From NCBI GenBank assembly GCA_963675595.2, contig CAXXLZ010000002.1, positions 608,001-672,000 of the forward strand: a stretch of 64,000 bases of DNA. The letters are read 5' to 3'. Both the position numbers and the translations under genes were made by a program. The notes beneath the pieces are model-generated. The model was not told the origin of the DNA. It ran no database searches and was given only the letters and a program-made list of their open reading frames with translations. Below, in pieces: positions 43,515 to 52,311 of this stretch; within the stretch, counting starts at the first letter, position 1; each line of letters begins with the position of its first letter. This DNA comes from Thermodesulfobacteriota bacterium (GTDB lineage Bacteria > Desulfobacterota > Desulfarculia > JACQYL01).

Positions 43515-44840
43515 CTAACCACATGCCCGCTCCAAACCGTCGAACGAGGCGATGTCCTCCAGGGCGAGTGCATTCAACTCGTGGCGAAGACCGTCGTAGG
43601 GCGGCGGATTATAATAAGCCGGATAGAGCAGGTCTTTTCGTGCATCCCACAGCCCTTCGGCCGATAGTCGACGGGTCAGGGCGGTTCCGGGCAGAACGCG
43701 CAGGTTGTTGAACACAAAGGCCGCCGGGTTGCCGGCCCGTCGATGTTCCGCGCAGAGTCGTCCCACCAGTTCCCTGGTGTGTCGTACGGTCCGTGCGGTT
43801 TCTCCCGGAAGGTTGCACAAAAAATGGTGGACCGTGACGATACCGCTGGCCGCGGCCAAGCCGGCGGCCTGGATGACCCGGTCCATGTCGGTTGCTTTGT
43901 TCAACAGGGCCAAGGCCTCGGGAGACGCTCCATCCGCCGAAAAGTAGATCGCGTTAAGACCGGCGCGACCATAGAGTTTCAGGCAGGACGGACGAAGCGC
44001 GTCCTCGCGAAAGAAGCCCGTCCATCCCACCTGTAGGTCTCTACGGAGGATTTCCTCGCATATGGCGTCCAGATGGTGGGCGGGCTCGTTCACCACGGGA
44101 TCCGTGAAGTGAAAGAGCCGCACACCGAATCTACTGTGAGCCTCGAACATCTCTTCCACCACGACCTCGGGCTCTCTCAGCCTGAGTCCGCGCCCCTGCA
44201 ATTCGGGGTAAAGGCAATAGGAGCAGGCGTGAGGACACCCGCGTTTCCCCTCGATGCCCATGAACGCCACATAGCTGTTGCGTGCGGAATAGTCGCCGGG
44301 AGGGAACAGGTCCCAGTCCGGCAGCGACCATCTGCCGGTTTGCGAACGGCGAGCCCAGGAATCCATGGTTTGCCCGGCGCCGTCACGCGTCAACACGCCG
44401 GGAAGTCCTTCGGCCTGATCCAAACGTTCAAGAAGGTCGGGAAAGACGTCTTCGCCTTCGCCTCGAACCCCCAGGTCCACCTCGGGCAACTCGCGCATCA
44501 GGCGCCGTGCGAACAGGGAAAAGCCGGAACCGCCCAGCACGATCGTCGCACGGGGAGCGTAGCGCTTGACCAAAGTCAGGGAGGCTTTCAGTTGAGGCAC
44601 GAATGAATGCAGCATGCCGGCCAAAGGATCCAGGTTTCGAAAAGAGACGCCCACCACGTCGGGCCGGAACTCTTCGAGGCTTCGCCGTAACACGGGCCAG
44701 GGAAAGGAATGGAGGTTCATGTCCAATGCCCCGACGGTGTGATCGCCCTTCAAGGAAGCGGCGATGCGTGCCAGGCCCAAAGGGTAGACCAGTTCGCCGC
44801 CTTCCATCCGTGATATGGCCTGCAACAACAGAATTCGCAT
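43515..44840 (-). CDS. bzaD: B12-binding radical SAM methyltransferase, BzaD-like
   Basis: YPLGLA, GVSFRNLD, GGSGFSLF, KRGCPHACSYC; follows bzaC. Confidence 0.72.
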   Translation of the reverse strand: MRILLLQAISRMEGGELVYPLGLARIAASLKGDHTVGALDMNLHSFPWPVLRRSLEEFRPDVVGVSFRNLDPLAGMLHSFVPQLKASLTLVKRYAPRATIVLGGSGFSLFARRLMRELPEVDLGVRGEGEDVFPDLLERLDQAEGLPGVLTRDGAGQTMDSWARRSQTGRWSLPDWDLFPPGDYSARNSYVAFMGIEGKRGCPHACSYCLYPELQGRGLRLREPEVVVEEMFEAHSRFGVRLFHFTDPVVNEPAHHLDAICEEILRRDLQVGWTGFFREDALRPSCLKLYGRAGLNAIYFSADGASPEALALLNKATDMDRVIQAAGLAAASGIVTVHHFLCNLPGETARTVRHTRELVGRLCAEHRRAGNPAAFVFNNLRVLPGTALTRRLSAEGLWDARKDLLYPAYYNPPPYDGLRHELNALALEDIASFDGLERACG

Positions 44841-44868
44841 AATTCGCCGTATCCCTTCACGGGATATC

Positions 44869-44918
44869 CGGGAGAATCTTTTGAAAAAGGTTCTCCCGAA
44901 CCCTTTCCCAAACTTTTT
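44869..44918. repeat. REP-like palindromic element upstream of bzaD
   Basis: CGGGAGAATCTTT-TGAA-AAAGGTTCTCCCG hairpin followed by AACCCTTTCCCAAACTTTTT. Confidence 0.45.
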
Positions 44919-45218
44919 AGGAGAGTTGCTCGCTTCCGCTCCGCAACCGAGGCATAGGGATGTCCGTGAACAGGTTGTCAGGTCCGCAACGACCGGAACT
45001 CTCGGCCAAGGCTTAGACGTTTGAATGCTCCGGATCGGAGAAGAATCTTACCTGTTCGGCTTCGTCTATTTTGAGATGGAGCCCGCATAAGAACGCTTAT
45101 CCAGCGTCTCTCCGCTCTCGCCGTCGTCCACGGCATAAATGGAAACACATCGTCCGTACGCGCCGTACGCATGGTTTTGGTGACGCGGTGAACGGACGAC
45201 CTGGTTCTATTCCACTAG

Positions 45219-46768
45219 CTAGAGTTTAGAGTCTGGCGACCCTTGGTATAGGAAAAATGCGAATAAAGACAACAAAGTACTTGACATTGCCGCGCGGATG
45301 CGCGGCCGCCTTTGGCGGCCCTTTAAGGAAAGAAACCTTTCCTTGGGGGTCAACCAATGGATTCGACGGCTCAAGCACTTATGCTCCTATCGCAGTGGAT
45401 TTCCTTTCTATTTCAGGCCGTTCCGTGCAGAATAGCTCCGACTCTTCTGGAACTCCTGATGGGATGTATGGTCTGCCGCGGCGGCCATATTTCTTCCGCG
45501 CTTCTGGCCGTTCGGCCCCAGTTGTCCTGGACCGCCTATTACAAGGCCATCGAAAAGGGCCGATTCCAATGGCTTGCGCTAGCCCGGCAATGGATGCGCC
45601 TGATCCTGAAACGGATTCCAAACCGATCCATCGAGTTCGCCATAGACGACTTCCCTTTGCCCAGATCGTCCAAGAAAGCTCCCTGCGCCGGTTGGCATTA
45701 CGATCACGCGCACCGGCCCAACCGCCCCAAATTCCTGTGGGGACAGCTTCGGGTTTCTCTGGCTGTCATCTGCCGCCACAAGGGCCGGGTAGCCGCGTTT
45801 CCCCTCTTGTTTCGGCTCATCCGCAAAAAAGGGAACACCACCAAACTGGACGCGGCGCGGCTCTTGATGTCCGTTCTCATGACTTGGCTGCCGGATCGCT
45901 TTCTCATTATTCTGCTGCTCGATGCCTGGTATATGAAAAGCTCCCTGGTGGTTCCCCTGATTCGCGATGGTGTGACGGTCATCGGCCAAGTCCGCAAAGA
46001 TACCGCCCTGTTTTTGCCTCCGGACAATCCGCCTCGGAAGAAACGGGGCAGACCCAGAAAGTATGGGGAAAAACTCACGTTGGAAAACATCGGACGATTC
46101 TGTCGTCCGGTGGAGAAAACCCTCTTTGCCTACGGCTCGGAACGAGTTTTCCAGTTCTACCAAACCAAAGCCAAAGTCCGCTTCCTGGACGGCCGGTTGT
46201 GCAAGATCGTGTGGTGCCGGTTTATGTCCGACAACCCCTCTTGGTCCGATTGGCATCTTCTGATCAGTACCGATCCCGACATGGACGGCGCGGAAGTGAT
46301 TACACGCTATGCACGACGATGGTGGACCGAGCCCATGTTCAACGAGATCAAGCACCTGTTCGGACTGAAAAATGCTTGGCAGCAGACACGGCAGACATTG
46401 GCTCGATGGAGCATGATCTTGTGCCTGGCCTACGGCTTGCCACGGCTCTTGGCGCTCTGCCTGGGTCCCAACGCGGCCTATACGATGTTTCCAATCCCTT
46501 GGAGAAAGAACAGGCCCGCCACCGCCGGCTGGATGGCCGCAGCCATCGGTCGTCTTTTCGGCAACTTAAACGTGCGAGCCATGTGGAACCGGAAATCCAA
46601 AAAATTCCAACCGGAATTCACCGATTCTCCGGAAGACTTGGGGCGCGCTGCCTGATATCCGTGTTCAGTCAATCATCTCAAAGCCTTACGTCAACGGTAT
46701 TCAACCCGTCTTGGAGAACTATGCTCTTCTATACAAACTTGGCTGCCCCGCATGGCTCTAAACTCTAG
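45219..46768 (+). mobile_element. Insertion sequence, IS4/IS701-like, 1550 bp
   Basis: Perfect 13-bp terminal IRs CTAGAGTTTAGAG (45219-45231) / CTCTAAACTCTAG (46756-46768); 9-bp direct repeat TTCCACTAG at 45210-45218 and 46769-46777. Confidence 0.92.
45357..46655 (+). CDS. DDE transposase (IS4/IS701-like)
   Basis: AIDD, LLDAWY, KKRGRPRKYG, YARRWWTEPMFNEIK (YREK-like). Confidence 0.9.
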   Translation: MDSTAQALMLLSQWISFLFQAVPCRIAPTLLELLMGCMVCRGGHISSALLAVRPQLSWTAYYKAIEKGRFQWLALARQWMRLILKRIPNRSIEFAIDDFPLPRSSKKAPCAGWHYDHAHRPNRPKFLWGQLRVSLAVICRHKGRVAAFPLLFRLIRKKGNTTKLDAARLLMSVLMTWLPDRFLIILLLDAWYMKSSLVVPLIRDGVTVIGQVRKDTALFLPPDNPPRKKRGRPRKYGEKLTLENIGRFCRPVEKTLFAYGSERVFQFYQTKAKVRFLDGRLCKIVWCRFMSDNPSWSDWHLLISTDPDMDGAEVITRYARRWWTEPMFNEIKHLFGLKNAWQQTRQTLARWSMILCLAYGLPRLLALCLGPNAAYTMFPIPWRKNRPATAGWMAAAIGRLFGNLNVRAMWNRKSKKFQPEFTDSPEDLGRAA

Positions 46769-48328
46769 TTCCACTAGAATTAGACCTAGATAATGCACAA
46801 ACCCGTGAGCGTCGGCCACCGGTGCGAGACTCCAGCCCGCGGCCGCAGCGGTGCCGTAGACATCCACACCGCAGGCTTCCAGGGCCGGTCGCGCCTGGTC
46901 TGGCCTGGAACACGCCCCCGAGGGATCGCAGGTCTTGCACAACGTGCAGGGTCCCGCGCCGAAAGCCAACGCTTTAGGATGACCCGCCAGGAAGATTTCC
47001 CGTTCGAGCTTCAATAGTCGTTGATGAAACTCCCGGCCCGGCGGCTCCCCTTGAACCAGCAAGCCCCAATCATAAGCGGCGAGCACTTTGTTCATTTCCC
47101 GCTCGTCCGGCGAGTGAGGAGGACATTGCAGGTTCCGTCCGAAGCCGGAACAGCCGTAGGCGCATTTCAGGCGCACCCAGGGAGCGGTGACGACCCGGTC
47201 CGCGTGCATGGGGGTCGCCTTTCGAAAACCCATCTTCCGGGCCCGGAAAGCCCAAAGGCCTTTTCGTCCTTGTTCCGGGCGAGGTGACGGCCCTCGGCCC
47301 GCCGCCAGAAGCATGGTATCCGTATCCAGGGAATGAGGAAGCCACGGATTCAGGCCGGCGCGGCGCAGCATGTCCTCAACCGCTTCGCGTTCGTGGATGC
47401 GGCCGTTATAGGTATTGAGGAGCATGTGCAGGTCATACAACTTGCCCTTCAGCGGGTCCGCTCCCAATCCTTCGTAATCGTAATCGTGAACGACCAGAAT
47501 TCCGTCCGAGTTCAGGAGAGAAGCGGCGGTTTGGACAAGGGCGCCGGCTTCCTCGGTTCCATAGGCGTGCAGCACATTGGACAGCAGCACGAGATCGAAG
47601 CAGGCTTCGCGCAGCGGCGGTTTACGAACGTCACAGGCCAAGCGGGCAACACCCTGCCAGTCTTCGCTTAGGGGATATCTCCGCGACCCCGCTTCGATCA
47701 CTTCGGGCAGGTCCGCCAAAACGGCCCGACAGTCCGGCCACCGCCGGACCATGGAACGCGCCCACGCCCCCGCTCCTCCTCCGAAGTCGAGAACGCGTTT
47801 CGGAGAACGATCCGTCCACCAATCCAGGACATCGACGGCTTCCTCCGCTTTGAGCCGGGCCTGTGCGTCCAATGCTTCCACATATTCGAAAACCCGACGA
47901 CGATAAGCCTCGGAAGACTCCGAGGCGTTCCGCTGGTTGACCTCCACTCCGACGCGGACCCTGCCGGCAAGCCGTTTCCAGTGAGGGGCGAAGTAGTTCC
48001 GATACTTCAGAAAACGGCCCAAATATTCCGGAGCGCCCTCCACCAGGTGTTTGGCCGCCAGCGGTCCGTTCTCCCAGTCATGGGGAGATCCGACGAGCAA
48101 TCCCACGGCGCCCAAGGCCTCACACAGCCGTGCGAGCGCGTCCCCGTCCCAGCCCGATTCCGGAGCCCACTCGTCGATCCGCCCTCCGTTCCTGTGGATG
48201 AGGGTGAACAAGTCGAGGTCCAACGCCGCGAACAGCACTTCGGAATACCAGTGCGCCGTGGCCAGGTCCTCGAGATACTGGTAGGAGTTTTGAGCCGGAT
48301 CGGCTTGTTTCGTGAGAGTCTGCATCAT
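46691..48328 (-). CDS. bzaC: O-methyltransferase + Cys-rich DUF2284-like domain (BzaC), with a 25-aa IS-derived C-terminal extension
   Basis: Dimerisation domain, LDFGGGAG SAM motif, LSNVLH; LKCAYGC..CPP, GPCTLC, EACGVDV; bza context. Confidence 0.82.
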   Translation of the reverse strand: MMQTLTKQADPAQNSYQYLEDLATAHWYSEVLFAALDLDLFTLIHRNGGRIDEWAPESGWDGDALARLCEALGAVGLLVGSPHDWENGPLAAKHLVEGAPEYLGRFLKYRNYFAPHWKRLAGRVRVGVEVNQRNASESSEAYRRRVFEYVEALDAQARLKAEEAVDVLDWWTDRSPKRVLDFGGGAGAWARSMVRRWPDCRAVLADLPEVIEAGSRRYPLSEDWQGVARLACDVRKPPLREACFDLVLLSNVLHAYGTEEAGALVQTAASLLNSDGILVVHDYDYEGLGADPLKGKLYDLHMLLNTYNGRIHEREAVEDMLRRAGLNPWLPHSLDTDTMLLAAGRGPSPRPEQGRKGLWAFRARKMGFRKATPMHADRVVTAPWVRLKCAYGCSGFGRNLQCPPHSPDEREMNKVLAAYDWGLLVQGEPPGREFHQRLLKLEREIFLAGHPKALAFGAGPCTLCKTCDPSGACSRPDQARPALEACGVDVYGTAAAAGWSLAPVADAHGFVHYLGLILVELEFRAMRGSQVCIEEHSSPRRVEYR

Positions 48329-48484
48329 CCGTCCCACCGGTCGTTGAAGAACTTCCGGAGTATCGTCATCGGGTAAGCCCCGAAAAGCGTTCGGTTCCCA
48401 TGTCCAACGGTTGCATGGAATGTGGAGGGCGTCCGTTAAAGACGGCCGCCCTTCGCCGTAATCAACTTTGCCGGATACCGGACG

Positions 48485-49798
48485 TCAGGCTTTGGCCGAA
48501 GCGCACAGAGCATCCTGGAAAAGTTCCATGCTTCCCTTGTTGGCGCAGAACTTTCCGCACATGGTGCAGGAAGTCAGGTCTTCGGGAGATCGCTCCATTC
48601 GGATGGCCCGGGCATCTTCCGCGAAAAGCGCAAGGTCGAACTGCTTTTCCCAGTCGGAGTCTCTCCTGGCCTTGCTCATGGCCAAGTCCCGTTGTCTTCC
48701 TCGTTCCGGATATTTGGCCGTGTCCCCGATGTACGCCGCCACGCGAGCCGCTTTGACTCCTTCCACCACGTCCTTTTCGTTGGGAAGCGCCAAGTGTTCT
48801 GCGGGAGTAATGTAGCAGATGAGGTCCGCGCCGAAACGCGCGCTCTGAGCCGCGCCGATGGCGGCGGTCACATGGTCCCAGCCCGCCGTCACATCGCTGG
48901 GAATGGGACCCAACATGTAGTAGGGAGCGTGGTTGCTCATCTGTTTTTGCAGGATGATGTTGGCCTCGATCTGATCCAGAGGCACATGGCCCGGCCCTTC
49001 CACCATCATTTGGCATCCCATGGCGCAACCGATCTCCGCCAATTCGCAATTGATGAGCAGTTCCTGAACCATGGCCCGGTCGAAGGAATCGTGAATGGCG
49101 CCGGCCCTTAGACCGTTACCCAAAGACAGCACCACGTCGTATTTCTTCAGGATTTCCACCACCCGATCGAACTTCTCATACAGGGGGTTTTCGCGGTTAT
49201 TCCGCTTCATCCACGCCACCATACTGGTGCCGCCCTTGCTCACAAGTCCTCCGTAGCGATAGCCCTGCTTCTCAAGCCGCTCGATGGTGTAGCGATTGAT
49301 ACCGCAATGGATGGCCATGAAGGCGAGACCGTCGGCGCACTGCGCTTCAATGAGGTCGAAAAGCAGCTCCTCATCCAGTTTGTTGGGGTCGCCGTACTTG
49401 TGTGCCGCCTCACAAAAGGCCTGGTAGAGCGGGACGTTTCCCACGGGGATTTGGACCGCTGCCAGGACCCCTCGCCGAATCCGGTCCAGGTCTCCTCCCA
49501 CGGAGAGTTCCATGAGGGTATCCGCTCCCGCGTTCTCCGCGGCCACGGCTTTGCGGACCTCGGCGTCCAGGTCCACGATGTCCGTGGAGGTACCGATGCT
49601 GGCGTTGATCTTGGTTCGGAGCCCGAGGCCGATGCCCACGGGTTTGGGGGGGTGATTGAGGTTGAAGGGAATCACCACTCGGCCGGCGGCCGTCAGTTCG
49701 CGGATGCTCTCGGCATCGAGCCCCTCCGCCGCGGCGATTTCCTTCATCTGCGGGGTTATGACGCCCTTCTTGGCGTATTCCACCTGCGTTGCCACCAT
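48485..49798 (-). CDS. bzaF: ThiC-family 5-hydroxybenzimidazole synthase (BzaF-like)
   Basis: TKINASIGTS, GADTLMELS, SKGG, EGPGHVP, YITPAEHL, CTMCGKFC; cobalamin riboswitch and cobT context argue against thiamine ThiC; SD AGGAGGA before ATG 49798. Confidence 0.85.
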   Translation of the reverse strand: MVATQVEYAKKGVITPQMKEIAAAEGLDAESIRELTAAGRVVIPFNLNHPPKPVGIGLGLRTKINASIGTSTDIVDLDAEVRKAVAAENAGADTLMELSVGGDLDRIRRGVLAAVQIPVGNVPLYQAFCEAAHKYGDPNKLDEELLFDLIEAQCADGLAFMAIHCGINRYTIERLEKQGYRYGGLVSKGGTSMVAWMKRNNRENPLYEKFDRVVEILKKYDVVLSLGNGLRAGAIHDSFDRAMVQELLINCELAEIGCAMGCQMMVEGPGHVPLDQIEANIILQKQMSNHAPYYMLGPIPSDVTAGWDHVTAAIGAAQSARFGADLICYITPAEHLALPNEKDVVEGVKAARVAAYIGDTAKYPERGRQRDLAMSKARRDSDWEKQFDLALFAEDARAIRMERSPEDLTSCTMCGKFCANKGSMELFQDALCASAKA

Positions 49799-49854
49799 TC
49801 TCCTCCTTTTCTTTAGAAGAATCGGTTCAAGCCGGCGGGTCGCCCGTCCGAGAC

Positions 49855-49890
49855 AAAAAAAATCCTCGGACGCGGAACGCCCAAGGATTT
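49855..49890 (-). terminator. Riboswitch expression-platform terminator
   Basis: Minus strand AAATCCTTGGGCG-TTCCG-CGTCCGAGGATTT followed by a T run, between the aptamer and bzaF. Confidence 0.75.
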
Positions 49891-49908
49891 GCCATCTCCT
49901 GGTAACGC

Positions 49909-50078
49909 CGACTGACGGCAGGTCTTCTGACTCTTGGATCATCCTACTTCCCGCGCCTTCCCACTCCATTGACATGAAGCAGTGACATTCTGCGGGTTTC
50001 GTCCCCAATCACAGCGGCGGGTCCGTACCGGATTTTCGCCGGTTTCCCCATTAAGGCCTTACGGCCGCCGATCAGTCG
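49909..50078 (-). ncRNA. Cobalamin riboswitch
   Basis: Minus strand: GGGGAAACCGGCGAAAATCCGGTACGGACCCGCCGCTGTGA, CACTG...GGGAAGG, B12 box GAGTCAGAAGACCTGCC, closing helix CGACTGA/TCAGTCG. Confidence 0.93.
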
Positions 50079-50182
50079 CCCTATTCAATTGTGCGGAGAA
50101 AGTTAGTCCGTACCCACCTTTCCAGTCAAGTGAAAAACGACCGGCTTCAATCCTCGGTACGACACGGCCGCCCCGAAGCGGC

Positions 50183-50983
50183 TCAATTCCGCCTCGAAAT
50201 TCCGTGTTCGTCGAGCAGTCGATCGAAACTTTGCCTGGCATGTTGATACAACGCCAGATCGAGTTGGTTGCGTTCAAGAATGAGCCTGGGTACCACGTCG
50301 AAGTCGATGGACTGGAATACTTCTTTCTTCACTTCGGATACCGCCGCGTTCATACGTCCCGTGGACTCGACATCGGAGAACCCCAGAATCCTTTTCATAA
50401 GCTCAAGGGAACGGGGATATTCCTCCATCAGGCCGATACAGGAAAAATGGCCGTCCAGATGATGAATCGCCCGGTTCAGGTCCGCCGGCTCAAGCTTGGG
50501 CCGAAAATCCGGGGTTCCGTCCTCCGTGCAAAGCAACCGTACCTGGCAGTTCTCGACCTCCACCGTGAGGTCCGACTGAACGAACTCTTCGATGGGCATC
50601 GGCTTTTCGGGGTTCCGGTGGACTTCAGAATAAAGGTAATGATTGGACCAAGTCCTGGCGTGAATATAAAAAGAAATCACTCGATCCACCGGATGACGGA
50701 GAAAAGTAACATAGGAACATCGTTCTCCGAAACGCTTGTGCCAACCGAAGGAAATATGGCCTTCAATACAGTCATACTTGCGAAGCAGGTCCGGGGGCAG
50801 CCGCTTGAGTCCGTTGACCGGATCGTCGTAAGTCGCCGTAAAAATTCGTTCCTCGTTGATGTTCTTCCGAATTACGGCACTGAATGTTGTTCCACCCGTC
50901 TTGGGTATATGAAGGAAGATGAGTTTCCGGCCGGGATTCAGACGTCCCAATACACAATTCTTAAGTCTCTGGAAGTAATTCAT
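50183..50983 (-). CDS. Sulfotransferase family protein
   Basis: FLHIPKTGGTT (5'-PSB), TFLRHPVDRVISFY (3'-PB), NQLDLALY. Confidence 0.88.
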   Translation of the reverse strand: MNYFQRLKNCVLGRLNPGRKLIFLHIPKTGGTTFSAVIRKNINEERIFTATYDDPVNGLKRLPPDLLRKYDCIEGHISFGWHKRFGERCSYVTFLRHPVDRVISFYIHARTWSNHYLYSEVHRNPEKPMPIEEFVQSDLTVEVENCQVRLLCTEDGTPDFRPKLEPADLNRAIHHLDGHFSCIGLMEEYPRSLELMKRILGFSDVESTGRMNAAVSEVKKEVFQSIDFDVVPRLILERNQLDLALYQHARQSFDRLLDEHGISRRN

Positions 50984-52311
50984 AAGAACACACCAATCAC
51001 GGCTGGGGGATAATGAATGTTCATACTCGTAACGGGAATATTCTAAGAAGTCTAGCGTCTTCTCTTCTTGGCGTTATTCCTATTTCAAATCTTAATCTTC
51101 CCGACTGTATCTTGCATGCGACGAGACCACAATCCGTTACCGGCTGATCCTCGCATACACACTTATTCATATTCCATAATATCAATACGGAACCGAGTGT
51201 AGCCTCTCATCCGTATCTTGGCGGCATCCGTATTTCATGAATGTGCCGGACGGATTCTCCAGCGCACAGAGCGAAATTTCATTTGGTTCTCCGGCACGGT
51301 CCGTGTCTGCGATACTCAACATTAGAGAGACGAGTCCATGAATACATCCTGCTTGCTTGCACAAACAAAGCCGCTCTTCGTATTCGTCACGGAACCGTCA
51401 AAAACAATGCAGTCTTTGGAGAATCGGTGACATTCTTATTTCAAATCTGCGGCGCTTTCAAGCCTTTTTGCAAGTACCGGACATATTCGAGGAGGCCGCC
51501 TGGTCGGATGAATCCGCCGGTCCACCGAGGAAGACCCGAGACAAACGGCCTCTCGGGAGGTCGTTGAAAAGAGCGATCTACGGGCCATGAGAGAATTGCC
51601 GAGCGAGCAAGGTCATCGTCCGGTCTCAGGCTCGGATACCGGATACCGCTCATCGGACGTAACGGTTCATCATCCCGGCATACGATACTCCGGGGTTTGC
51701 ACGCCTATTGATCTCACTGTGGGCATCCGGATCCATCCGTAATTTCGGTTCGATCTTGAAGCAGTCATTACGATTCAAGAATTAAGATATATTGTTTCGC
51801 AGATATTCATAGACTCGAACTACTCATTAAATCGGAGCTAATTGACGATTTGCCGGAAAAGGAAGGCAGGTCGGTCCGTAGTGAGGCTGAGACGCTGCGA
51901 GAGAGACGTTTCTCGGACGAGCGAACGAAGCAGGCCCGGCTCGGAACGGCATTCAAGCCGGCCCACCGGGGAAGTGGGGTGCGAGGCGCCGGCTGCGTTC
52001 AAAGGCCTTCTTTCAAGAAACGAGAGGATTTCATCAACGGAGTGATACGTGTCTTCGAGGTAATGAACGATGTGACAGGTCAAGCGGGACTTGATGGAAA
52101 CCGAATACAACAACGTTTCCCGAACGATGAAACCCGTGTGGAAAAGGGCACCCGCCCGGCTCCCCTTCCCGCCCGGTCATTCTCTACAATCGCCGTCCTT
52201 TCGACTTCATGATACGGCGCGCCGGGCCCGTCCATGCGACCTTGCCTTGGCCGGCGTATCCGATCAGCGTTCTGCATTTGCATTTCAACAAGGAAACAAC
52301 ACCCCTGTGCT

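Noticed and set aside
45257-46768. 503-aa alternative-frame ORF spanning the whole IS and ending in the right IR
   Set aside because: Its codons start on the GC-rich third position of the transposase codons, which suppresses stops; the translation has no recognisable motifs.
48485-49798. Thiamine biosynthesis thiC
   Set aside because: It is controlled by a cobalamin (not TPP) riboswitch and clustered with cobT and bzaCDE-like genes.
49799-50008. 70-aa N-terminal extension of the ThiC-like ORF in the ORF track
   Set aside because: It overlaps the riboswitch and terminator; a strong SD precedes ATG 49798.
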